Source of the DNA: an uncultured Nitrososphaeraceae archaeon
Lineage (GTDB): Archaea > Thermoproteota > Nitrososphaeria > Nitrososphaerales > Nitrososphaeraceae
Direction: 5' to 3'
Length of the DNA stretch: 64,000 nt
Assembly: GCA_963729045.1 (NCBI GenBank)
Contig: CAVSMN010000009.1
Coordinates: 128,001 to 192,000, forward strand
The notes beneath the pieces were generated by a model. The model ran no database searches. It was given only the letters and a program-made list of their open reading frames with translations, and was not told the DNA's origin. Positions 44,056 through 54,963 of the stretch are shown one piece after another. Made by a program: the position numbers and the translations under genes. The number at the start of each line of letters is the position of its first letter. Within the stretch, counting starts at the first letter, position 1.

Positions 44056-44343
44056 ATGAGCGAATCTACGAAATTTAATTATTCGATAGTTAGAGAGAAT
44101 TCAATTAATAATTTCATCAAGGATCTGCTAGAGGACAGGATTGAATTTGATTATTCAAAGGGTATTAAGGAAGATAAAAATGAAGTTTTTAATGCTGCTA
44201 TGGATTTAAAGGCAAAAATAATTCCATATCTAGCTGTTGAAAAGGACTACGCCAATAAAGAATATCACAAGCTTCAAGAAAATATATTTTCTTGTTATCT
44301 GACCCTAAAAATTTTTGGAGTAATACGTCCAAAATTAAGTTAG
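44056..44343 (+). CDS. Hypothetical protein
   Basis: 95-aa ORF with ATG start. Confidence 0.6.
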   Translation: MSESTKFNYSIVRENSINNFIKDLLEDRIEFDYSKGIKEDKNEVFNAAMDLKAKIIPYLAVEKDYANKEYHKLQENIFSCYLTLKIFGVIRPKLS

Positions 44344-44662
44344 GTTACTTACCTTTCATGTGTTTTATGAAAGAGAATAATATCATCACATGATTCAACT
44401 GACATAGACAGTTTGTTTTTATAATGACCATCCGTACATTTTTTGTTCGACATTAAGTAATCAAAACTTATTTTCAACTCTGATTAAATATTCCTCTAAA
44501 AGACATACAGTTCAATTAATTGGTACGTAAAAACCGAAACTAACTGGATGAATTTTTTGTGTAGTAGTATAATCAATAAATAAATTTCTAATTGGTAATA
44601 TTTATGGACCATATTTCCTGTATTTAACATTAAAGTATAAGATTTATTTACAGAATGTTATT

Positions 44663-45634
44663 ATGACTAATAATTTCATTGGTGTTGAAAAAACTACAAA
44701 AAGTTTTTTAGATAAACTACAAAACAATCCCGGTCCCCCTATTTACAAATTATCGCCTAGCGATGCTCGAAATGTATTATCAGGTCTTCAATCGGTACCA
44801 GTTGCAAAGCCTGCAGCTGATGTACAGGATCTCTCCATCTCTGGCAAATCAAATGAAAAAATAGATATTCAAATTATAAGACCGTTCAATAGCGGCGATA
44901 AAACCCTTCCGGTTGTGGTCTATTTTCATGGTGGCGGATGGGTTTTAGGAGGAATAGATACTCATGACAGACTGGTAAGAGAATTGACCAACTCCATTAA
45001 TGCTGCAATTGTATTTGTTAAATATAGTAGATCTCCTGAAGCTAAATATCCAAAAGCTCTAGAAGAAGCCTATGATTCAATAAAATGGATTTCAGAAAAT
45101 GGTAACTCATTGAATTTAGACTCTTCTAGAATGGCTGTCGTAGGAGACAGTGTTGGCGGCAACATGGCAACCGCTGTTGCGATGCTTGCCAAGGAGCGTC
45201 AGGGACCAAAAATTCTTTATCAGGTCCTTTTCTATCCGGTTACCGAAGCAAATTTTGATACCGAGTCATATCGATCTTTTCAAGAGGGTTACTTTTTGAC
45301 TAGAGAAGCCATGAAATGGTTTTGGGAAAGCTATGTTTCAGATAAAGCCGATTTGAAAAAACCCACAGTTTCTCCATTGTTATCTTCAATAGAACAGCTC
45401 AATGGTTTACCACCAGCACTTGTAATAACAGGCGAGTTTGATGTATTAAGGGATGAAGGGGAAGCTTACGCACATAAGTTGATGGAAGCTGGCGTAAACG
45501 TAACTGCATGTAGATATCAAGGCACTATTCACGATTTCGTAATGTTAAACGAAATTGCAGGTACGCCAGCAACAAGAGGTGCAATTGAACAGGCATCTGA
45601 TAAATTAAGAAAGGTATTATGGGAAAGAGAATAG
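44663..45634 (+). CDS. HSL-family alpha/beta hydrolase (esterase)
   Basis: HGGGW, GDSVGG, DVLRDEG, HDF. Confidence 0.95.
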   Translation: MTNNFIGVEKTTKSFLDKLQNNPGPPIYKLSPSDARNVLSGLQSVPVAKPAADVQDLSISGKSNEKIDIQIIRPFNSGDKTLPVVVYFHGGGWVLGGIDTHDRLVRELTNSINAAIVFVKYSRSPEAKYPKALEEAYDSIKWISENGNSLNLDSSRMAVVGDSVGGNMATAVAMLAKERQGPKILYQVLFYPVTEANFDTESYRSFQEGYFLTREAMKWFWESYVSDKADLKKPTVSPLLSSIEQLNGLPPALVITGEFDVLRDEGEAYAHKLMEAGVNVTACRYQGTIHDFVMLNEIAGTPATRGAIEQASDKLRKVLWERE

Positions 45635-46054
45635 ACATTTTAGATACTGTTTGGTCAATTTTTTTGACCATACCATTTCTCATTATTTACTGAAGAAAGA
45701 AATACGATTGTTTTCAATAGAGTTTTGTGAAATCCATAAAGTACGTATATCTATTTAAAAGACTAGATAGAACATGTTACTAACATTATTGTTATTATTT
45801 TCAATATTTTTGAAGTGGTCCAATGATAATTGTATCAAGGATATAATGTGATTGGATCGGATTTGATTGAAATAGTGTAATACCCGTAAAGCTGAGTAAA
45901 TTGATCCATATGTTCATATTCAGAATTCCATTTGTTGATGTCTGTCTGTCTGTTTATATGTCTATGAATGTCATTTTTCAAGTTTTTCAAACAGGATTGA
46001 AATCGACTTGATGAATTTATTAAATATCAATACAATAATTAGGTAGAAAACATA

Positions 46055-46792
46055 TTGGATAAAGTACAAAGTTATCACGTTGAACCTCACATAAAAGAAA
46101 GTAACTACATTAGAGATATTGTTTTTGGTTTTGGTGATGGAGTTAATACTTCTTTAGGAATAGTAGCTGGCATAGGTGGTGCCTCTGTGGGTGTGGATAT
46201 AGTCATTTTAGCTGCGGTAATAGGAATGTTTACGGGTGCTAAAGCCATGGCAGTACAAAATTATCTTGCTGTTAAATCCCAAATAGAGATTTTACAATCC
46301 GAAATCAAAAGAGAAGAATATGAAATTGAAAATACTCCCGAGGAGGAAAGAAAAGAGATAGAAGAAATCTACAAGTCCAAAGGGTTTGTCGGTGAAGAAT
46401 TGAATATGGTTGTAAATAAGATTACATCCAATAAGGGAGTTTGGTTGAAAACGATGTTAACAGAGGAGTTGGGTCTGAATCTAGAAATCCTAGGCAATCC
46501 TATAAAAGGAGCTATTGTTATGTTCATATCATTTTTGGTAGGAGGTATCTTACCAATACTACCATATTTCATAGTCAAAACTGGCTTAATCAACAATTTT
46601 ACGGCATTACTAATAGCCATTTCTATGAGTTTATCGTCATCTTTTATGATTGGTGCAATCAAAGGTAGATTAGCTAAAAAAAGCTGGGTAAAAGGAGGAT
46701 TGGAAATGTCTCTATTAGGAACAGGAATTGCGTTACTTGGTTATGGAATTGGATCTGAAATGAATAACCTAGGAGTGGTTGACTTTGAATAA
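46055..46792 (+). CDS. VIT1/CCC1 iron/manganese transporter family
   Basis: RDIVFGFGDG, AMAVQNYLAVKSQ, EELG. Confidence 0.92.
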   Translation: MDKVQSYHVEPHIKESNYIRDIVFGFGDGVNTSLGIVAGIGGASVGVDIVILAAVIGMFTGAKAMAVQNYLAVKSQIEILQSEIKREEYEIENTPEEERKEIEEIYKSKGFVGEELNMVVNKITSNKGVWLKTMLTEELGLNLEILGNPIKGAIVMFISFLVGGILPILPYFIVKTGLINNFTALLIAISMSLSSSFMIGAIKGRLAKKSWVKGGLEMSLLGTGIALLGYGIGSEMNNLGVVDFE

Positions 46793-46847
46793 CAGATATT
46801 GGTGTTAAGGCATTTGGTTTAGATATATGCAACAGATGAGAAAGAAT

Positions 46848-48989
46848 TTAAGAAGAATATTTTTTTTTCAATTTCTTGGCTAGTTTTGGACCTATTTTTG
46901 GGATCATAGATAGTTTTGATTCTGAAATTAGTAGGAGATCGTTAGGTACGTTGATTCCAGCCCCATGAAGAGATCGCGCTCTGGCCCTGCCTATATCTTT
47001 CATCTGTACCAATGGAACAAGCTCTGCCTTTACTCCATGCTTAATTCGACTTTCGAGTGAAAAAAGAACGGGTAAAAGATCGTTTCTGTTTAACAATTTA
47101 CATATTTCGAATATTGAAGAGATTAACCAATTAGACACTTCGACAATTCTATGTATATCGCCTGGCTCTACACCAATTCTCTCATTCATCCTTTTTTCTG
47201 TAGACTCATTGATCCATTCGTATAGAGTCCATAGACTTCTAGAACAATCCATTATTTCTACGTCTGAAAAAAATTCATCATAATTGTTATAAAACAAATA
47301 ACTGAACTCTTCGATGTCTTGTTTTCTAAACGAAAGTTTAGGATAAAAGTCTGGGCAAGTGGTAATCATATGAAGGAAACCAAATACGTTGTTGATTTTT
47401 ACAGACCTTGGTTTTATATCATCGATGGTCTTCCTAAACGCAACAGCAGTCTCAGGATTAAGATATAAATTTGAAACTAATTTTCCAAATCCGGTCACAT
47501 TATACATATTGTTTTGCAATCGAATTAGATCTTCTTCTAGAAAATAATCTAAAGATGAATCTATTTTATCAAATAGGGAAGTATTGTTCCTATCTTGAAA
47601 TGAATAAAATGTCTTTGAGAACAAGTCATAGATATCATCTAGACTAATTCCGTTAAATGAAGCAATTACACCCAGTAGATGGATTTTGATCGCTATTATA
47701 TTCCCAAGGTTTGAATTTAGAGGTTCAGGAATCCCCAATATATAATGATCATACAAGTCTTCATAAGATGTTCTTGAATCTGAAATAATTATAGATTCTC
47801 CATAAGCATCATATTGAGGTCGTCCAGCTCTTCCACAAAGTTGTTTATATTCAAGCACACTAATAGGAACTGAAGCACCGTATACAAAATCATACCGGGT
47901 AACATTTGTTATTATGACTCTACGTGCAGGGAGGTTGACGCCAGCAGCTAGTGTGGGTGTTGCAAACAGGGATTTTATGATTCCACTTTTAAAAGCCTCT
48001 TCAACAACCCCTCTACTTGAAAGACTTAATCCTGCATGATGAAACCCTATGCCAGTAGATATCAAATTTGACAAATTTTTAGTTAAATCCGTGTCATCAC
48101 CCTCCTCCAAAATTTGTTTAGAAACCTTTAAGGTATTTTTCCTTTCTTCTGGTGATAGGGTTTTGGATACAACCTCTGAAACCTTCTTAGCTAAGGATAC
48201 GGCTCGTTTTCTTGTTTCAACAAAAATAAGATTTTGTCCATTACTATTTAGAGAATCCATGACTAAATCGATAGCCATCGAAGTGGTGTCCTTCCCTGAC
48301 TCAGAAACTTTAATTCTGGAATCGTCATTAGAATATATTATCCCATCAGAATATACCCCTTCTATCAATTTTGTTGGTCTCCAAGTGCTTTCTATTAATC
48401 TTGATCCTAACCATCCTGCGATTTCGGAGGCATTAGTGATTGTAGCACTTAAGCCAAGAATCTGAGATGATGAATAGTATTTTTTTATTTTGGTTAGGAC
48501 CATTTCTAAAACCGGTCCCCTATCTTGATCTCCGATTAAATGAATTTCGTCTGAAATAAATAGTCCAACATTTGATAACCATGAAGCATTATGTCTAAGA
48601 ATCGAGTCAATTTTTTCGTTTGTCATAATAATTATGTCGGCTGAACTTAAATCGGCGTTTGAAGTATTAAAATCGCCAGTGCTAATCTTTATTCTTATTT
48701 TTCTGGAAAATATACCAGATTTATCTATAGAAGTAAATTCCAAATATTTTTCATAAGCTAATGCTCTTAATGGTGTAAGATATACTACTTTCTTATTTTT
48801 TTCTAAGGATTTAATTGCAGCTAGGATGGCAATTAATGTTTTCCCGCTTGCGGTAGGAGTAGTAATTAAAATATTAGAATCTTCTAACAAGCCTTTTTCT
48901 ATAGCCAATTGTTGTGGAGGATATAGAGAGGTATAACCTAAAAATGAAAGATAAGAAGAAATCCTATCATCACTTAACTTCAATTGCAT
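46848..48989 (-). CDS. hel308: Ski2-like DNA helicase Hel308/Hjm
   Basis: PTASGKT, DEIH, LSAT, FHHAGL, TPTLAAGVNLPARRV, GRAGRPQYD; C-terminal HhH. Confidence 0.93.
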   Translation of the reverse strand: MQLKLSDDRISSYLSFLGYTSLYPPQQLAIEKGLLEDSNILITTPTASGKTLIAILAAIKSLEKNKKVVYLTPLRALAYEKYLEFTSIDKSGIFSRKIRIKISTGDFNTSNADLSSADIIIMTNEKIDSILRHNASWLSNVGLFISDEIHLIGDQDRGPVLEMVLTKIKKYYSSSQILGLSATITNASEIAGWLGSRLIESTWRPTKLIEGVYSDGIIYSNDDSRIKVSESGKDTTSMAIDLVMDSLNSNGQNLIFVETRKRAVSLAKKVSEVVSKTLSPEERKNTLKVSKQILEEGDDTDLTKNLSNLISTGIGFHHAGLSLSSRGVVEEAFKSGIIKSLFATPTLAAGVNLPARRVIITNVTRYDFVYGASVPISVLEYKQLCGRAGRPQYDAYGESIIISDSRTSYEDLYDHYILGIPEPLNSNLGNIIAIKIHLLGVIASFNGISLDDIYDLFSKTFYSFQDRNNTSLFDKIDSSLDYFLEEDLIRLQNNMYNVTGFGKLVSNLYLNPETAVAFRKTIDDIKPRSVKINNVFGFLHMITTCPDFYPKLSFRKQDIEEFSYLFYNNYDEFFSDVEIMDCSRSLWTLYEWINESTEKRMNERIGVEPGDIHRIVEVSNWLISSIFEICKLLNRNDLLPVLFSLESRIKHGVKAELVPLVQMKDIGRARARSLHGAGINVPNDLLLISESKLSMIPKIGPKLAKKLKKKYSS

Positions 48990-49277
48990 GTATAAATTAC
49001 TATTATTAAGAAATCGTATTACATATTAAATTTCTTTCATTGATAAACAAGTTATTGTTATTAAGGATAGGTAAGGATTTCATCGATAAAATTCTTGCTT
49101 GCTCCGGGTTGTGCGTTTGAAATCAATTGGCCTTTGATTAACTAAAATGAATTGAAAAATGCTTATGATCACGATAATTGACATTTTTTCCGTCTGGTGG
49201 TTATTATTATAATATTACTAACAAATTAATAATAATTAATAAGTAAACTTTATATTATTAATAACCAAATTATTTTC

Positions 49278-50243
49278 ATGCGAGAGAATTATAAGACTTG
49301 GATCTCTTTTTGCTTTATTGTTTTAACCATAACTTTATTTTCTTCAATTATTCCAAAGTCTATTGCTACCAGTAATTTATCACAAAATAACAATAATAAT
49401 AATAGTATCAAAGAATCAGAGGGTCAGAGCTTAATTTCATCAAATAATACAAATCTAAAAATTTTCGCATCCTTTTATCCGATTTATGATTTTGTCAAGA
49501 AAATAGGCAAAGACAGAGTGGATGTTTCAACTATAGTACCTGCCAGTATAGAACCCCATGATTTTGAACCTACAGCCAAACAAGTAATTGAACTACAAAA
49601 AGCTGATGTGATTTTTATTAATGGAGCAGGATTTGAATCCTGGATTAATAAGATAGGAAATGCAAACGTAGTTGACTTGAGCAAGGATCTCCCAATTGAA
49701 AATATAGGATCTACTCCAGATCCCCATATTTGGCTTGATCCCAATTTGGTTAAAGCATATTCAAAAACTATATTTGAAAAATTAATATCTTTAGATCCTC
49801 AAAATACAGATTATTATACGAGCAATTTTAATGAATTTAATAGCAAACTAGAACTACTAAATTCAGATATTAATATGAACTTGACTAATTGTGATCTGAA
49901 TGATTTTATCGCATTTCATGATGCTTTTGGCTATTTTGCAAAAAGATACGGGTTAACTCAGCATTCAATTAGTGGTTTATCACCTGAAGGAGACATTAAT
50001 CCTCAAAAAATTACAGAGGCAATAAAATTAGCTGAGCAATTAGGTGTAAACATTATTTTTTCAGAAGATAATATTGAGCCTAGACTTTCAGACACAATAG
50101 CAAATGAAATAGGAGGGAAGGTAATGAGATTGAGTCCGATTGAAATGATTACACAGGAAGAACAAACTTTAGATAAAGATTATTTCTCAAAAATGTACGA
50201 TAATTTAGATAATTTGAAAATAGCGCTCAAATGTGAAAATTAA
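49278..50243 (+). CDS. znuA: Zn/Mn ABC transporter substrate-binding protein
   Basis: EPHDFEP, DPHIWLDP, FHDAFGYF. Confidence 0.9.
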   Translation: MRENYKTWISFCFIVLTITLFSSIIPKSIATSNLSQNNNNNNSIKESEGQSLISSNNTNLKIFASFYPIYDFVKKIGKDRVDVSTIVPASIEPHDFEPTAKQVIELQKADVIFINGAGFESWINKIGNANVVDLSKDLPIENIGSTPDPHIWLDPNLVKAYSKTIFEKLISLDPQNTDYYTSNFNEFNSKLELLNSDINMNLTNCDLNDFIAFHDAFGYFAKRYGLTQHSISGLSPEGDINPQKITEAIKLAEQLGVNIIFSEDNIEPRLSDTIANEIGGKVMRLSPIEMITQEEQTLDKDYFSKMYDNLDNLKIALKCEN

Positions 50244-50285
50244 TTATTTGAATTATATGGAATATGAAAAAAGAATTGAATAGAA

Positions 50286-51125
50286 ATGATTGAAATTCTC
50301 CAGTATGAGTTCATGCAACGTGCCCTTATTTCTGGAATAGCAATTTCTATAAGTTGTTCGCTAATTGGACTGTTTCTTATATTAAAAAGATTTTCTTTGT
50401 TTGGGGATGCAATGTCGCATGTAGCTTTTGGAGGGATCGCATTAGGATTGTTTCTAAAGTCTAATCCTATTTGGGTATCATTAATTGTTTCGATAATTGG
50501 AGCATTAGCAATCATAAAATTGAATTCAAGCAAAAGAATCTATTCAGATTCGTCTATCTCAGTTCTATTATCTCTAGGGCTAGCGATGGGATTGGTATTA
50601 ATCAGCTTATCTGGAGGATTTTCTATAGATATAACAAGTTATCTTTTTGGAAGCATATTATTAGTCAATATCGAAGAAACATTGAGTACCATACTTCTAA
50701 GCGTTATAGTTATTACATTTGTTATCTTTTATTATAAAAAATTAATATATCTTGTATTTAATGAGGAACAAGCATTAGTAAATGGCATCAATACAGTTGT
50801 ATTAAATATTTTATTCATTACTTTGGCAACCATTGCAATTGTAATGTCCATTAGATTGATAGGAGTACTAATGGTTTCGTCTCTCTTAATAATTCCTAAT
50901 GTTTCTTCGTTGCTACTAGGATATGGATTCAAGAAAACCATACTATTCTCAATTTGTTTTTCTTTGATATCTGTTATTTTGGGAATAATATTAGCATATG
51001 AATGGAATATTACACCTAGTGGAATGATAGTAATAACATCCGCTGGAATATTCTTTGGAGTAAATGTATTAAAGTTATTTTCTTCAAAAATAAAAAACAA
51101 GACTGAAACAAAAATAAGATCTTGA
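50286..51125 (+). CDS. znuB: Zn/Mn ABC transporter permease
   Basis: EFMQRAL, GDAMSHVAFGG, YLFGSIL. Confidence 0.92.
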   Translation: MIEILQYEFMQRALISGIAISISCSLIGLFLILKRFSLFGDAMSHVAFGGIALGLFLKSNPIWVSLIVSIIGALAIIKLNSSKRIYSDSSISVLLSLGLAMGLVLISLSGGFSIDITSYLFGSILLVNIEETLSTILLSVIVITFVIFYYKKLIYLVFNEEQALVNGINTVVLNILFITLATIAIVMSIRLIGVLMVSSLLIIPNVSSLLLGYGFKKTILFSICFSLISVILGIILAYEWNITPSGMIVITSAGIFFGVNVLKLFSSKIKNKTETKIRS

Positions 51126-51196
51126 CAATTAATAGTTTTTATCAGCTATTACCCGATATTATTATGTACTTGTATAACCAGTATGTTTTTAAAGAA

Positions 51197-52069
51197 ATGA
51201 ATTTTGGTATGAAATTTACGTTTGTCTTTCTTTTTGCTTCATCACTTTTATTTTTTACTTGCTTACTTATTTTTGACGGTATCACAGTCTTTGCTCAACA
51301 AGAAAATAATACCACCACCATAAATACAAATGATCAATTCGGTATTGAAAAAATATATCCTACCAAATCCGATGGCAGGGAATGGTATGTTAACATGTCT
51401 AACCCCAAAAATGATCCAAATGTAACTTTTACTTTTAATCCTAGATTAGCCAAACAGGATGATGGATCTTGGAAAATAAGGGATGACAAAATTCGAATTA
51501 ATGTAGACACATTAAATGGGACAGAAGAATGGAAAAATGTTGAAATTACGGGATATGTGAAAATAGACTCGATAATCAATCCGCGTAAAAGTGTTATAAC
51601 AGACATTGACTGGGTAGCAAGAACTGATCAACATAATGAAGACTTTCCATGTCATGGCCTATCCCTTCACGGGGGCATTTATCCGGATGGTTCTGTAGCA
51701 TGGAAAAAAGAAATATGGTTTACCGGAGGATATACTAAAGAAAAATCAGTCCCTAAAATAACCGACTCATTGATGAATAGATGGATTGGCTGGAAAACTG
51801 TGATCTATAATACAAATAATGATTCCGCGGTTAAAATGGAATCATATTTAGATAACTCAAATTCTAATCATTGGGTCAAAGTTTTTGAAATTACGGATAA
51901 CGGAGGCTGGTATGCAAGTAGTTCGGATAAAGTATTCTACAGTGCAAATTGTGGTAGATCCAAAGATCATATGGTTTTGAATTCAGGACCTATTGTTACG
52001 TTTCGCGCAGATAACGTAGTTTTGAACTTCAAGGATTTGAGCATAAGAGAAATAGAGCCACCAAAGTAG
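51197..52069 (+). CDS. Secreted beta-rich hypothetical protein (possibly carbohydrate-active); start uncertain
   Basis: Signal peptide ending VFAQ; DQFGIEKIYPT, WKNVEITGY, WIGWK, SIREI. Confidence 0.7.
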   Translation: MNFGMKFTFVFLFASSLLFFTCLLIFDGITVFAQQENNTTTINTNDQFGIEKIYPTKSDGREWYVNMSNPKNDPNVTFTFNPRLAKQDDGSWKIRDDKIRINVDTLNGTEEWKNVEITGYVKIDSIINPRKSVITDIDWVARTDQHNEDFPCHGLSLHGGIYPDGSVAWKKEIWFTGGYTKEKSVPKITDSLMNRWIGWKTVIYNTNNDSAVKMESYLDNSNSNHWVKVFEITDNGGWYASSSDKVFYSANCGRSKDHMVLNSGPIVTFRADNVVLNFKDLSIREIEPPK

Positions 52070-52119
52070 GATAATACTGATTTATCCATTGGAAATTACT
52101 CGTAAATGGAAAAAACAAA

Positions 52120-52140
52120 TATTATGAAATGATCATAATA
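52120..52140. promoter_or_regulatory. Palindrome TATTATGA-N5-TCATAATA, candidate autoregulatory operator
   Basis: Perfect 8-bp inverted repeat 7 bp before the NikR-like start. Confidence 0.45.
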
Positions 52141-52147
52141 AAAAACA

Positions 52148-52531
52148 TTGCCAATCATAAGCATTTCACTGAATGAAAACATAATCCAAGAACTAGATAA
52201 ATTGCAAAAGTTTTTGGGTTTTTCAGGCAGATCAGAAATCGTAAGAGCTAGTGTTAGAAACCTACTTTTAGAAGAGAAAAGAATAGATGAATTGTCAGGA
52301 GTTCTACATTCAGTTCTTCTAGTAATACATGATGAAAAATCCGATCAAGAAATCAGTGAAATTCGACATGGATTTGATAAAATAATTAATACCCACATTC
52401 ACAATAAGATAGACGAAGATAGATGCCTTGAAATTTTTGTACTTTATGGTGATGCAAGAGAGATTAAAAATATTACCAAGAAATTTCAAGGGAACAGAAA
52501 AATGGATCAAGTTAGGTTAGTGGTAACATAG
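52148..52531 (+). CDS. NikR/CopG-family ribbon-helix-helix metalloregulator
   Basis: IISISL...GFSGRSEIVR RHH; THIH...CLEIFVL metal site. Confidence 0.88.
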   Translation: MPIISISLNENIIQELDKLQKFLGFSGRSEIVRASVRNLLLEEKRIDELSGVLHSVLLVIHDEKSDQEISEIRHGFDKIINTHIHNKIDEDRCLEIFVLYGDAREIKNITKKFQGNRKMDQVRLVVT

Positions 52532-52553
52532 TAATTCAACATATTAATTTGAA

Positions 52554-52627
52554 AGCCATAAGTGGGATTTGAACCCACGGCCTAAGGTTTACGAAACCTT
52601 CGCTCTGCCAGGCTGAGCTACTATGGC
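52554..52627 (-). tRNA. tRNA-Thr(CGT)
   Basis: GCCATAG acceptor; anticodon arm AAGGT-TTCGTAA-ACCTT; GGTTCAAATCC. Confidence 0.95.
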
Positions 52628-52711
52628 GGCAGCGTTAGAACCAATCTGCGAACAATTTCCAAGTATTAGAAGTATGAAAAAGTTAAATAATAATGTATTT
52701 TTTTTCTATGA

Positions 52712-53033
52712 TGTGACAAAATGCAACTTACATGAATTTTTTTTTGACTGGAATTGTAATGATTGCAAAGAAGAATATAAGAATTTGAAGGGAACTAACA
52801 AAATTGAAGAAGAGTCACATGAGGAAGTAGAACCGATAAAGGCAAAGAAAATAAAGAAGAAGAATGATTACAAAGAATTCACAGAAGAGAGAGCTAAAAA
52901 ACTCTATGAAGAAATTTTTTTGCAGTATTTAAAAAAGGGTAACATAAGTGAAGCAGAATCCATTGAACGCTCAAAGAAGATAATAAGAAAACAGTGTTTA
53001 ATGCGCAACATTGAGCCTTGGTCATGGGTCTAA
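52712..53033 (+). CDS. Hypothetical protein with CxxH...CxxC; start probably GTG 52712
   Basis: The ORF-track start overlaps the tRNA; TKCNLHE...CNDC. Confidence 0.6.
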
Positions 53034-53096
53034 TCCAGATTCAGAATTAAATAGTTAAGTTAAACCTAAATAACAAAAAAAAGTTATTTAACTTTA

Positions 53097-53324
53097 TTGT
53101 CATCACCGAATAATCAATCTAATATCTTACAAGGAAGTGTAAATAAAGACATCCTTCTAAAACTAAAAGGAAAGAGAACTATCAAGGGAAAGCTGAAAAG
53201 TTTTGATCAATACATGAATTTAACACTGGAAAATGCAACTGAAGTTTTAGAGGGAGATAAAGTTCAACAAATGGGAGAAATATTCATCAAAGGCGAAAAC
53301 ATTGTTATTATAGCAACAGATTGA
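53097..53324 (+). CDS. Sm-like archaeal protein (Lsm/SmAP)
   Basis: GKLKSFDQYMNLTLENA (Sm1), IFIKGENIV (Sm2). Confidence 0.92.
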   Translation: MSSPNNQSNILQGSVNKDILLKLKGKRTIKGKLKSFDQYMNLTLENATEVLEGDKVQQMGEIFIKGENIVIIATD

Positions 53325-53389
53325 TTATATGAATAAACAGTGATTCTTGTTAATAATTATAATCAAGTTTTTCAAAAGATTAAGTTAAA

Positions 53390-54695
53390 TTATTTAAAAC
53401 TACCTCGATCTTTGGCACATTCAATAATTTCCGAGTCAGATAGATAGTTATCAATGCTAAATGCTCTATCAAAACATGCAGAGATTTCCTTTGAATGTTT
53501 GTTATCAGTCTTACCGTCATTGTCATTATTATTCTTAATGTTGTCGCTTAAAGCATAATTGTGAAGGCTATTTTGAGAATAACTACCTCGATCTTTGGCA
53601 CATTCAATAATTTCCGAGTCAGATAGATAGTTATCAATGCTAAATGCTCTATCAAAACATGCAGAGATTTCCTTTGAATGTTTGTTTTTGCCATCTAGAG
53701 ACTCACCTAATTCGCTATTAGTTGGATTAGTATAGATATTTTTGTTGATTGATTTATGGAATGACTGGAATGAATAAGGGTTGGATACTGGTTGATTCAT
53801 ATTTTGCTGTTGTAACCCCGAGAAGGTTGAAGGGTTGGATACTGGTTGATTCATATTTTGCTGTTGGAGCCCCGAGAAGGTTGAAGGGTTGGATACTGGT
53901 TGATTCATATTTTGCTGTTGTAACCCCGAGAAGGTTGAAGGGTTGTCTTTGGGTGGAGACTTGATAAAGGTTGAAGGGTTGTCTTTGGGTGGAGACTTGA
54001 AGGTATCCATATAATTGCCATTAGCTGTATTTGATGAATCAGAAGTAAAAGTGGGAGTACGAACGTCACCGTCAGCAGTATTTTTGCTCTGAAATTCATG
54101 ATAGAATGGATTATTCTTACTTAAATTGTAAGGATTGCTACTAGAGGAGGAGGATACAGAAGTAGTACTATCAGGGGCTTTGTCTGGAGTGAAGAAGATA
54201 CAGAAGTAGGACCATCAGGGGCTTTGTCTGGAGATGAAGAAGATACAGAAGTAGTACTATCAGGGGCTTTGTCTGGAGATGAAGAAGATACAGAAGTAGT
54301 ACTATCAGGGGCTTTGTCTGGGATGAAGAAGATACAGAAGTAGTACTATCAGGGGCTTTGTCTGGAGATGAAGAAGATACAGAAGTAGTACTATCAGGGG
54401 CTTTGTCTGGAGATGAAGAAGATACAGAAGTAGGACTATCAGGGGCTTTGTCTGGAGATGAAGAATTTATTTTATTGAAGTTGTCAGTACAATCAGAATT
54501 TATACCAATAAGCGCACTAGTCATCATGCTCGTAATACAATCAGTAGTTTGGGCGATCAATGAATTATCAGGAACCAAACTTATTTGACCGTACGAAGGA
54601 GTAAATGTTGCATATATAGTTGAAAACGATATCAATAAAAACACCATTAGAATGGGACTGATTTTATTTGCTATGTGCACGAAAAAATAAAACAA
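53390..54695 (-). CDS. Secreted multi-repeat protein; two 1-nt deletions inside the 45-bp array split it
   Basis: Restoring one base at ~54321 and one at ~54189 joins ORF 54171..54695 in frame to 53390..54010. Confidence 0.7.
53399..53685. repeat. Two ~104-bp identical segments 183 bp apart (KHSKEISACFDRAFSIDNYLSDSEIIECAKDRGS)
   Basis: Read directly. Confidence 0.92.
53776..54000. repeat. 54-bp tandem repeat x3 followed by 36-bp tandem repeat x2
   Basis: NPSTFSGLQQQNMNQPVS x3; KSPPKDNPSTF x2. Confidence 0.92.
54152..54464. repeat. 45-bp tandem repeat x7 (SSSSPDKAPDSTTSV)
   Basis: gctttgtctgg at 54177, 54221, 54266, 54311, 54355, 54400, 54445. Confidence 0.95.
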
Positions 54696-54963
54696 TCATA
54701 CTTTATAATGAGCACTTTAGAATGCTAGTATTAACTTAACAATATATCTATTATACATAAATAAGATAGATTTTTTTTATAAATTAAAAGGATGATTTGG
54801 TATGTTTATGATGTGATCTTAGTCTGTTATAGACTTGTTTTATGTGTAAAGTGTTAGGTGATACCTCGATAGAATCAATTTTGTACTATCATTAAAAACA
54901 AAATTGTAGTTTTTTGGTTAAATTGACCCATATTATATATATAGATAATCTATAATAAAATAG

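Noticed and set aside
52623..52711. N-terminal extension of ORF 52623..53033
   Set aside because: It overlaps the tRNA-Thr 5' end and promoter; GTG 52712 is the more plausible start.
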